Shown here in pieces: positions 39,627-47,607 of a stretch of DNA of 64,000 bases. Position numbers and translations under genes: made by a program. Source of the stretch: Croceicoccus sp. (GTDB lineage Bacteria > Pseudomonadota > Alphaproteobacteria > Sphingomonadales > Sphingomonadaceae); NCBI GenBank assembly GCA_002694745.1, contig NZMY01000050.1:196630-260629 (forward strand), written 5' to 3'. Numbering within the stretch: the first letter of the stretch is position 1; every line of letters begins with the position of its first letter. The notes below the pieces were generated by a model. That model made no database searches, was not told the origin of the DNA, and saw only the letters and a program-made list of their open reading frames with translations.

Positions 39627-40348
39627 TGTCGATGACAGCAACCGCCCTTATTCTGTCTGCCGCCATGCCGGCGTCCGCCGCCGCGCCGACGCATCTTGAT
39701 CCGCTGCAACTGTTCCTCGACGCGGGGATCGTGGTGAAGCTGGTGATGTTCGGATTGCTGCTCGCCTCGATCTGGGTGTGGGCGATCATCGTGTCGTTCT
39801 CGCTCAAGGTCGGAAGGCTGGAGGCGAAGAACCGTCATTTCGAAAAGAGCTTCTGGCGCAGCGACAATCCCGATGCGCTGATCGCCAATCGCGAAGGCAG
39901 CCTGCCTTCGCGCACCGTGGCAGAAGCGGGGCTGGCCGAGTGGCGCGCATCCACCGAGAAGGGCGTGCGCGACCGTGAGGGCACGCGTGCGCGCTTGACG
40001 CAGGCCATGGACGCGGCGGTCACCGCGGAAAGCGATCGTCTGGCGACACAGCTGAACTTCCTCGCCACTGTCGGTTCGGTCGCACCCTTCGTCGGCCTGT
40101 TCGGCACGGTGTGGGGCATCATGGAGAGCTTTTTCCAGATCGGCGCGCAGTCCAACACCTCGCTCGCCGTCGTGGCGCCCGGTATTTCCGAGGCGCTGTT
40201 CGCCACCGCGATCGGCTTGTTCGCGGCCATTCCCGCCGTCATCGCCTATAACCGCTTCTCGCACCGCGTCGGCGTCTTCGAGACGCGGCTCTACCGGTTC
40301 AGCGACAGGCTGCATGCCTCGCTCAGCCGCGAACTGGAGGCGATGTAG
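39626..40348 (+). CDS. tolQ: Tol-Pal system protein TolQ
   Basis: MotA/TolQ/ExbB pattern: GSVAPFVGLFGTVWGIM, PGISEALFATAIGL. Confidence 0.9.
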   Translation: MSMTATALILSAAMPASAAAPTHLDPLQLFLDAGIVVKLVMFGLLLASIWVWAIIVSFSLKVGRLEAKNRHFEKSFWRSDNPDALIANREGSLPSRTVAEAGLAEWRASTEKGVRDREGTRARLTQAMDAAVTAESDRLATQLNFLATVGSVAPFVGLFGTVWGIMESFFQIGAQSNTSLAVVAPGISEALFATAIGLFAAIPAVIAYNRFSHRVGVFETRLYRFSDRLHASLSRELEAM

Positions 40349-40807
40349 ATGGGCGCAAGGCTCGCTTCTTCGGGCGGCGGCGGGCGCGGGCGGCGCGGAC
40401 GCCACGGCCGCGCGCCCATGGCGGAGATTAACGTCACGCCGATGGTCGACGTGATGCTGGTGCTGCTGATCATCTTCATGGTCGCCGCACCGCTGCTTGT
40501 CGCGGGCGTGCCGGTAGACCTGCCCGACAGCCAGGCCGACGCCTTGGACAATCAGGACCGGCAGGTCAGCGTCTCGCTGGACGAACAGGGGCTGATCTAT
40601 ATCGACGAGGATCGCATCCCTGCGGGCGAATTCGCGGACCGTCTGGCCATGATCTCGCCGCCCGATGCCGCCAGCGCGCCGCCGGTCGTGCTGCGCGCGG
40701 ATCGGTCGCTCGACTATGGCCGCGTGGTGGCGGTGATGGGTGCCTTGAACGCAGCCGGATTCCGCCAGATATCGCTGGTCACGCACGGTTCATCTGAAAG
40801 TCCATAG
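40349..40807 (+). CDS. tolR: Tol-Pal system protein TolR (ExbD family)
   Basis: MAEINVTPMVDVMLVLLIIFMV. Confidence 0.9.
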   Translation: MGARLASSGGGGRGRRGRHGRAPMAEINVTPMVDVMLVLLIIFMVAAPLLVAGVPVDLPDSQADALDNQDRQVSVSLDEQGLIYIDEDRIPAGEFADRLAMISPPDAASAPPVVLRADRSLDYGRVVAVMGALNAAGFRQISLVTHGSSESP

Positions 40808-40810
40808 CCG

Positions 40811-41656
40811 ATGGCGACTATGCGTTCCGCCAGAGTGCCCTTCGAGCTTGCCGAAACGCCCGCCTTCGGGCGCGAGGAGCGCGTGGGGCTGGGCATTGCC
40901 ATCGCGGCCCATCTGGCCCTGTTCGCGGGGCTGGCATGGTGGGAAAATGCACCCGAGCCGGTGGACTTGCCAGAGCGTATTTCGGTGACCGTGTCGGACG
41001 AGATCGCGCTGGAATCGATCTCGCCCAATCCGATGGCCGATCCCGCGCCGTCCGTCGCGCCAGAACTGGGCGAAATCCAGCCCGCGGCCGAGCCGATTTC
41101 CGAGCCCGTGCGCGAAGTCGCAAGGCCGGTCGAAACGTCGCGTCCGGCACCGACGCCGCGTCCCAGTCCGACACCTGCACCGAAACCCAAGGCTCGCCAG
41201 CCCGAACCGAAACCGGCCCCCCAGCCCAAGCAGCAGCCCTCGCCAAAGCAGCAAGCGGCCACTGGCAGCCGGATCGGTTCCGATTTTTTGTCGGGCACGG
41301 GCGGCAGCGGTTCGGACCGGGACCAGCATGCGGAGCGGGCAGGGCCGGCGACGGCGGCATCGCTGTCTTCCGCCATCGCCCGCGCGCTCAAGCCGCACTG
41401 GACCGCACCGCAGGGGGCGGACGCGGAAAAGCTCGTCACCGTGCTCGCGTGGCGTCTGAATCGTGACGGCAGCCTTGCAGGACGTCCCGAAGTCGTGTCT
41501 CAGTCAGGCATAACCGACGCCAACAGGGCGCAGGCCGACCGTCACGCAGAACTCGCCATCCGGGCGGTGCAGCTGGCTGCCCCGTTCGACCTTCCCTCGG
41601 AATATTACGATAGCTGGAAACGCGTCGACGCGTTCCGTTTCGACCGGAGACTCTAA
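40811..41656 (+). CDS. tolA: TolA-like cell-envelope integrity protein (Pro-rich linker)
   Basis: N-terminal TM segment, PAPTPRPSPTPAPKPK linker, conserved position between tolR and tolB. Confidence 0.75.
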   Translation: MATMRSARVPFELAETPAFGREERVGLGIAIAAHLALFAGLAWWENAPEPVDLPERISVTVSDEIALESISPNPMADPAPSVAPELGEIQPAAEPISEPVREVARPVETSRPAPTPRPSPTPAPKPKARQPEPKPAPQPKQQPSPKQQAATGSRIGSDFLSGTGGSGSDRDQHAERAGPATAASLSSAIARALKPHWTAPQGADAEKLVTVLAWRLNRDGSLAGRPEVVSQSGITDANRAQADRHAELAIRAVQLAAPFDLPSEYYDSWKRVDAFRFDRRL

Positions 41657-41658
41657 GG

Positions 41659-43017
41659 ATGCTCAAAGCTCACCGGCCCCAATTGTTCGGCCTGATCGCG
41701 GCGGCCATCGCCGTCGTCGCCACGCCTGCCGCGGCGCAGGACACCGGCGGCCTGACCGGATCGGTCTCGGACGAAAGCGAATGGCAGGATCTTGGCATCG
41801 CCATTCCCGCATTCCCGACAGACCGTGACCTGCCGACCCCGGCCGCGCCGCAGACCACGTCCAAGCTGGGCGTGGAACTCGCCCGCGTCATCACCGCCGA
41901 TCTTCAGAACAACGGCCTGTTCAAGCCGGTCGGCCCCGACCGCCTGCCCAGGATTGTCTTTTCCGAAGCGACCAATCCGCAATTCGACCGCTGGCGTCCG
42001 TTGGGCACCGACATGCTGGTGCATGGCTATGTCACCGCGGCGGCGAACAACCAGCTGACCGTGGGCTGCTATCTCTACGACGTGCAGCTGGGCAGCGAGC
42101 TGGTGCGCGAAGGCTATGTGGTGGAGCCTGCCGACTGGCGCCGCGCCGCGCATAAATGCGCCGACATGATCTATTCGCGCCTGTCGGGCGAAGAGCCGTT
42201 CTTTGACAGCCGCATCGCCTATATCGCCGAGACGGGGCCCAAGGGTAACCGCCGCAAGCGTCTGGCGATCATGGATTCGGACGGCGCGAACCATCGCTTC
42301 ATCACCAGCGGATCGACGACCGCGCTGACGCCGCGCTATTCTCCGGATTATTCCAAGATCGCGTATCTGTCCTATTCGGATGGCAATCCGCGCATCTATG
42401 TCTATGACATCCAGAGCGGGCGGCAGACACTGGTTACGCAGGCAAGCGGCCCGACCTTCGCGCCGCGCTGGTCGCCCGATGGACGATACATCCTGTATTC
42501 GATGGCAACAGCGGGCAATACCGACATCTACCGCGTGTCGGCCAGTGGCGGCGGCACGCCGGTGCGGCTGACCGACAGCCCCGGCATCGACATCGGCGGG
42601 TCCTATTCGCCCGATGGCCGGCGGATCACCTTCGAATCGGATCGTTCGGGCAGCCAGCAGGTCTATGTCATGGACGCGGACGGGTCGAACCAGCGCCGCA
42701 TCAGCTTCTTTGGCGGCCGCGCGGCAACGCCGGAATGGAGCCCGCGCGGCGACCAGATTGCCTTTACCCATATCGCGGGCGATCTGCGCGTCGCGGTGAT
42801 GAGCCCGTCGGGCGGCAATATGCGCCATTTGACCAATGCATGGCAGGACGAGGCTCCGACCTGGAGCCCCAATGGCCGCATCATCCAGTTCTTCCGCACC
42901 ACGAAGAACACCGGGGAAACCGCACTTTGGCAGGTCGATCTCACAGGTCGCCACCTGCGCAAGCTGGAGACGCCGGAAAATGCATCCGACCCTGCTTGGG
43001 GACCGGTTCTGCCTTAA
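41659..43017 (+). CDS. tolB: Tol-Pal system beta-propeller protein TolB
   Basis: Signal peptide plus repeated P.WSPDG propeller motifs. Confidence 0.95.
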   Translation: MLKAHRPQLFGLIAAAIAVVATPAAAQDTGGLTGSVSDESEWQDLGIAIPAFPTDRDLPTPAAPQTTSKLGVELARVITADLQNNGLFKPVGPDRLPRIVFSEATNPQFDRWRPLGTDMLVHGYVTAAANNQLTVGCYLYDVQLGSELVREGYVVEPADWRRAAHKCADMIYSRLSGEEPFFDSRIAYIAETGPKGNRRKRLAIMDSDGANHRFITSGSTTALTPRYSPDYSKIAYLSYSDGNPRIYVYDIQSGRQTLVTQASGPTFAPRWSPDGRYILYSMATAGNTDIYRVSASGGGTPVRLTDSPGIDIGGSYSPDGRRITFESDRSGSQQVYVMDADGSNQRRISFFGGRAATPEWSPRGDQIAFTHIAGDLRVAVMSPSGGNMRHLTNAWQDEAPTWSPNGRIIQFFRTTKNTGETALWQVDLTGRHLRKLETPENASDPAWGPVLP

Positions 43018-43128
43018 GGGCGTTATCCTGAAATCACCGTGCGTTCGATGGGGCTGTTCGCACGGATTCCATTGACCAGACCGCCCCCTGCGATAATCAT
43101 GCGCAGGTCAATAAAAGGAGCATTGAAA

Positions 43129-43641
43129 ATGTCGCTCTTGAACCGCCAGTCCGTCATTCTTCTGATGGCAGCCAGCACGCTTGCGCTGGGCGCCTGTAAG
43201 TCCACGCCCGACGAATTGCCGCCGGAGCCGACGCCGACTCCGCCGCCGACCGCCACGCCCGCTCCCAGCGGTCCGGTCCCGGGCAGCCAGGAAGATTTCG
43301 TTGCCTCCGTGTCGTCGGATCGCATCTTCTTCGACACCGACCGCTATAACGTCGATAGCTCGGACATGGCCACGTTGCAGAGCCAGGCCCAGTGGCTGCA
43401 GCGCTATCCCAATGTGCGCGTCACGATCGAAGGCCATGCCGACGAACGCGGCACCCGCGAATACAACCTCGCTCTGGGTGAGCGCCGTGCCAATGCCGCG
43501 AAGAACTATCTCGTCGGCCTCGGCATTCAGGCCGGACGCATCAATGTCGTCAGCTATGGCAAGGAACGCCCGGTCGCGATGGGTTCGGACGAACAGTCCT
43601 GGGCGCAGAACCGCCGTGCGGTGACCGTCACGGTTCAGTAA
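43129..43641 (+). CDS. pal: Peptidoglycan-associated lipoprotein Pal
   Basis: Lipobox LALGAC. OmpA-like domain IEGHADERGTREYNLALGERRA. ATG at 43129 after aaaaggag. Confidence 0.9.
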   Translation: MSLLNRQSVILLMAASTLALGACKSTPDELPPEPTPTPPPTATPAPSGPVPGSQEDFVASVSSDRIFFDTDRYNVDSSDMATLQSQAQWLQRYPNVRVTIEGHADERGTREYNLALGERRANAAKNYLVGLGIQAGRINVVSYGKERPVAMGSDEQSWAQNRRAVTVTVQ

Positions 43642-43722
43642 GTCAACGGGTGGGCGGTCTGCCGATACTTTTCGGCGGATCGCCCCTCGACCCCCGGCGA
43701 TCGAGCCTGTAACGCTGTCCGA

Positions 43723-44268
43723 ATGGCACGTTCGGGTCGATCGATGGACTGGGGTTTTCCCCGCTGGCGCGGCTATGAAGCCGGGCGCGAGGCGCAGACG
43801 GTAAAGCTGTGCGACCGTCACGGATGCGAAGAGCCGGGCAATTGTCCCGCCCCCAAATCTCCCAACAGCCCCGATCGCTGGTATTTCTGCGAAAAGCACG
43901 CGGCCGAATATAATCGCGGCTGGGATTATTTCGCCGGACTGGACGCCGAGGAGGCCGCCGCCCGCGCATCGAGCGAGCGCGCCACCAACGCGGGTTACCA
44001 GCAGGCCTCGCATTATGGATGGAGCGCATCGGGCGACGGTTCGCGCAGCCGTGACGAGATGAACGCGCTCGACGTCCTCGACCTTGAGTATGACGTCGAT
44101 TTCGCGACAATCAAAAAGGCGTGGCGGAACAAGGCGAAGGAAGTCCACCCCGACGTAAAGCCTGACGACGAGGCTGCCGCGAAGGAGTTCCACAAGCTGC
44201 AGCTCGCCTACGAAGTGCTGCGCGCGGCAGAAGAGCGCCGCAGCTGGCACGGCCACCCGGAAGGCTAG
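43723..44268 (+). CDS. J-domain protein with Cys/His-rich N-terminal region
   Basis: C-terminal J domain with HPD (KAKEVHPDVKPDD). N-terminal CDRHGCEEPGNCPAP...FCEKH. Confidence 0.8.
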   Translation: MARSGRSMDWGFPRWRGYEAGREAQTVKLCDRHGCEEPGNCPAPKSPNSPDRWYFCEKHAAEYNRGWDYFAGLDAEEAAARASSERATNAGYQQASHYGWSASGDGSRSRDEMNALDVLDLEYDVDFATIKKAWRNKAKEVHPDVKPDDEAAAKEFHKLQLAYEVLRAAEERRSWHGHPEG

Positions 44269-44275
44269 GAAGGCC

Positions 44276-44941
44276 TCAGGGCCGGGGGGCAGGCCCCAGC
44301 TTGTCGTCGTCCCACAGTCCCGCGATCACCAGAAGACGGTCATGCACCGGGCTGGGCGGTTTCGGTGCGGCTCCTATGCAGGGCAGGCCGGGCAGGGGAT
44401 CGTCGCTGATCGACATTTCCAGTGCATCGCGCGCGGCATTCGTGGCCAGTTCGCGATCGCCGGTCTGCCAGCAGATGAAGGCACGTGCCGCACTGGCCGC
44501 AAATCCGACGAAAGGCTGCCCCAATTGCGTCATGGCGCGTTGGTCGAGCTTGTCGAGCCAGGCGAGCGCGGTGTCGTAGCGCGTCTCGTCACGCAGCAGC
44601 CCGACGGCGGAGCAATAATCGGTAATCGCCGCGATCGCCGTGAATTCTCCGCCCACCTCGATCGCGCGCTCGAATGCGGAGAACATGGCTTCGTAATCGC
44701 CCGCGCGGAAATGGATCATGGCCTGCGCGTGCAGGGCGGGCACGATCTCGTCTTCATATTCGGCGGCGGCGATTTTCTGGTCGTATAGCGCCAGCGCATC
44801 CTCGGGGTGCTCGTCCGCGATGGCGGCAGCCTTTTGCCCAAGGTAGAAAACGCGCCGGTCCCGCTCATGCGAAAGGCGCAGCCGGAAATCCGCCTGCGCC
44901 TGTTCGTCCCAGTCGGGAGAAAGATACCATTCTGCAACCAT
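44276..44941 (-). CDS. Hypothetical protein (helical-repeat-like)
   Basis: 221-aa ORF. No family recognised. Confidence 0.5.
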   Translation of the reverse strand: MVAEWYLSPDWDEQAQADFRLRLSHERDRRVFYLGQKAAAIADEHPEDALALYDQKIAAAEYEDEIVPALHAQAMIHFRAGDYEAMFSAFERAIEVGGEFTAIAAITDYCSAVGLLRDETRYDTALAWLDKLDQRAMTQLGQPFVGFAASAARAFICWQTGDRELATNAARDALEMSISDDPLPGLPCIGAAPKPPSPVHDRLLVIAGLWDDDKLGPAPRP

Positions 44942-44989
44942 CGCCCCAATCCTAGGGGAGAGATGGTTACCAAAACGTGTGCATCAGGT

Positions 44990-45532
44990 TCACTTGGGAG
45001 CAAGCACCATCAGCATCTGACGGCCTTCCATGCGGGGATAGGCCTCGACCTTGGCGATCTCTTCCACATCCGCCTGAACCCGCTTGAGCAGGTTCATGCC
45101 CAGTTCCTGGTGCGACAGTTCGCGGCCACGGAAGCGCAGGGTGAGCTTCACCTTGTCCCCGTTCTCGATGAACTTGTTCACGTTACGCATCTTCACGTCG
45201 TAATCGTGGTCATCGATATTGGGACGCATCTTGATCTCTTTGAGTTCCTGCGTCTTCTGGGTCTTGCGCTGGGCGTTGGCCTTTTTCTGCGCCTCATAGC
45301 GGTACTTGCCGACGTCGAGGAACTTGCAGACCGGCGGATCGGCATTGGGCGAAACCTCGACCAGGTCCAGCCCGACTTCGGCCGCCTGTTCGATAGCCTC
45401 ACGCGTGTACATCACCCCGAGATTCTCGCCCTCGCCGTCGATGACGCGAACCTTGTCGACCTGAATGAAATTATTATATCGCGGCCCGCTCTTGACCGGC
45501 GGTTGCAAACTGCGACGAGGTGGACGTGCTAT
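44990..45532 (-). CDS. infC: Translation initiation factor IF-3, predicted non-canonical ATA start
   Basis: [44 protein letters not shown] at 45530-45532 lies 8 nt after AAGGAG. The upstream ATG of the track ORF would add a non-conserved N-terminus. Confidence 0.85.
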   Translation of the reverse strand: MARPPRRSLQPPVKSGPRYNNFIQVDKVRVIDGEGENLGVMYTREAIEQAAEVGLDLVEVSPNADPPVCKFLDVGKYRYEAQKKANAQRKTQKTQELKEIKMRPNIDDHDYDVKMRNVNKFIENGDKVKLTLRFRGRELSHQELGMNLLKRVQADVEEIAKVEAYPRMEGRQMLMVLAPK

Positions 45533-45719
45533 GGGGCCTTCTCCTTCAATTGCCTCAAGACAAAAAACACAAAACAACCGCCTCAGCCTGAAAAACGTAA
45601 AGGCCTGACAGTTGCGGGAACGCCGCCCTACGGAAAAAGCCGTGGCGGATCGAAACCTCAGCGGGCGCTCTTATCCCTAAACGGGATCAATATAAAGAGA
45701 GAACCCGCTATACAGAGCG

Positions 45720-45745
45720 AACGGAGCAACATGGCACTGCGTTCC
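45720..45745 (-). promoter_or_regulatory. Candidate EcfG-type promoter GGAAC-N17-CGTT (minus strand) about 190 nt upstream of infC
   Basis: Forward aacg at 45720-45723 and gttcc at 45741-45745, spacer 17. An AT-rich tract lies just upstream on the minus strand. Confidence 0.4.
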
Positions 45746-45815
45746 GCCAAGGTCTCATAAAAATAGGCACCCCTTCGCCCGAATCCAAGTCCGCCCGAAT
45801 CCAAGGCCGCCGCGC

Positions 45816-46541
45816 TCAGGCCGCCTTCCACAAGGGAAACCGCAGCAGTCGACCTGCCGCCGGGACTGCCGCCTCGATCGTGCTGGCGGGTTGCAGCGCC
45901 TTTACGATGGCGGGATCGCCGGCATCCATGCCGCCCGTCAGCGCGCCGCAGGCGGGCAGCACCATACGCCCGCCCGTCGATCCGCCGCCTTGCGCAACAA
46001 CGGCGCAGGGGCGAACGATTCGTCTGCCGCGCAGCGACAATTGCAGTCGCGGATGGAAATGCCCCGACAGTTCGGGACGCCGTTCGCCGGGCCGCGCCAT
46101 GTGGCGCAGCACGATCCCCGCAATTTCCAGCTCGGCCAGCTGGGTGCCGCCGGGCGCTGCCGCCTCGCCATGTTTTTCGTCATGGTTGCCCGTCACCCAG
46201 ACCCAGTCGAGCGCCCGCGTCAGCGCATCCAGCATGCCCCGGGCATGGGGCTCCAGGCGCTGGGGCCCCGCGGTGTCGTGAAAATTGTCGCCCAGCGTGA
46301 ACACCCGGCGCGCTCCGGTCGCCCGCACGGCGCAGGCCACCCGTTCCAGCGTCTCGCGGCTGTCATAGGGCGGCAGCATCTGGCCGGCCTGCGCATAGAA
46401 GCTCGCCTTCTCAAGGTGCAGGTCGGCGACGATCAGCGCATTCTCCCGCTCCCAATACAGGGCACGCCCGCCGCTGGCATCGGCGATCATGCGCCATTCC
46501 TGACCGGCAAATTCGATGGGGGCGAATGAAACGGGAACCAT
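45816..46541 (-). CDS. pdeM: PdeM-like metallophosphoesterase (ligase-associated DNA damage response family)
   Basis: ALIVADLHLEK, FTLGDNFHD, VTGNHD, SGHFHP. ATG at 46541 lies inside the longer track ORF. Confidence 0.72.
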   Translation of the reverse strand: MVPVSFAPIEFAGQEWRMIADASGGRALYWERENALIVADLHLEKASFYAQAGQMLPPYDSRETLERVACAVRATGARRVFTLGDNFHDTAGPQRLEPHARGMLDALTRALDWVWVTGNHDEKHGEAAAPGGTQLAELEIAGIVLRHMARPGERRPELSGHFHPRLQLSLRGRRIVRPCAVVAQGGGSTGGRMVLPACGALTGGMDAGDPAIVKALQPASTIEAAVPAAGRLLRFPLWKAA

Positions 46542-46587
46542 CCGTGTGCTATTGCCGCCGCGTTCCGCATTTGGCAAGCGCTCTTGC

Positions 46588-47445
46588 ATGACCGACTGGA
46601 CAACACAGACCGAGCAGGCGCGCAGCTGGTTTGAGACATTGCGCGACCGCATCTGCGCCGCGTTCGAGGAGATCGAGCGCGAGGCAGGCAGCGACGCGGC
46701 GTTTGAGTACACGCCGTGGCAGCGCGAGGAGGAAGGCAACGACAATCCCGGCGGCGGGACGCGCGGCCTGATGAAGGGCAAGGTGTTCGAGAAGGTCGGC
46801 GTCAACGTGTCGACGGTGCACGGCCGTTTCGCACCGCAATTCGCGGCCAGCATCAACGGGGCAAGCGAGGAGCATCCCGACTTCGTCGCCACCGGCATCA
46901 GCCTTGTCGCGCATATGGCTAATCCGCATGTGCCCGCCGTTCACATGAACACGCGGTTCCTGACCACCCAGAAGGCATGGTTCGGCGGCGGGGCCGATCT
47001 CAACCCGCCGATCCCCTACGAAGAGGATACGGCGGAATTTCACGCCGCGTTGAAGGCGGCCTGCGACGCCCATGGCGCGGATTATTACGAACGTTTCAGC
47101 AAATGGGCGGACGAGTATTTCTTCATCCCGCACCGCGGCGTGCACCGGGGCGTGGGCGGTATCTTCTACGACCATCTGGAGTGCGAGGATCTGGCCGGGT
47201 TCGAAGCCAATCTCGCCTTCACCCGCGCGGTGGGCGAAGCGTTCCTCTCGGCGTTCCCGCATATCGTGCGCCGCCGGATGGATCAGGAATGGAATGCAGC
47301 AGACCGGCAGCAGATGCTGGAATGGCGCGGTCGCTATGCCGAATTCAATCTGGTCCACGATCGCGGGACGTTGTTCGGGCTGAAGACCGGCGGCAATATC
47401 GAGGCCATATTGATGAGCCTTCCGCCCGAGGCGGCGTGGCGCTGA
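46588..47445 (+). CDS. hemF: Oxygen-dependent coproporphyrinogen III oxidase
   Basis: EKVGVNVSTVHG, VAHMANPHVPAVHMNTRF, WFGGGADLNP, GVGGIFYD, GNIEAILMSLPP. Confidence 0.95.
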   Translation: MTDWTTQTEQARSWFETLRDRICAAFEEIEREAGSDAAFEYTPWQREEEGNDNPGGGTRGLMKGKVFEKVGVNVSTVHGRFAPQFAASINGASEEHPDFVATGISLVAHMANPHVPAVHMNTRFLTTQKAWFGGGADLNPPIPYEEDTAEFHAALKAACDAHGADYYERFSKWADEYFFIPHRGVHRGVGGIFYDHLECEDLAGFEANLAFTRAVGEAFLSAFPHIVRRRMDQEWNAADRQQMLEWRGRYAEFNLVHDRGTLFGLKTGGNIEAILMSLPPEAAWR

Positions 47446-47607
47446 TCCCGACGCGCATGGAGGCAGTTTAAGTTGAAGTTAAGCTGGTTACCGCAAATAG
47501 TGGCCCCGGATTGCAGGCGGGCAGGGTAGCCCGCCCGAAACGGGGTCGTACAGATTATGGGATCGAATTCGGCATCGCGCTGGAACGCCGTTCGGCAGGG
47601 CGGCAAT

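Noticed and set aside
45776-45805. Direct repeat CGCCCGAATCCAAG, two copies separated by 2 nt, after the pdeM stop
   Set aside because: It is real in the sequence but tiny, with no inverted partner or mobile-element context. I cannot attach a function to it.
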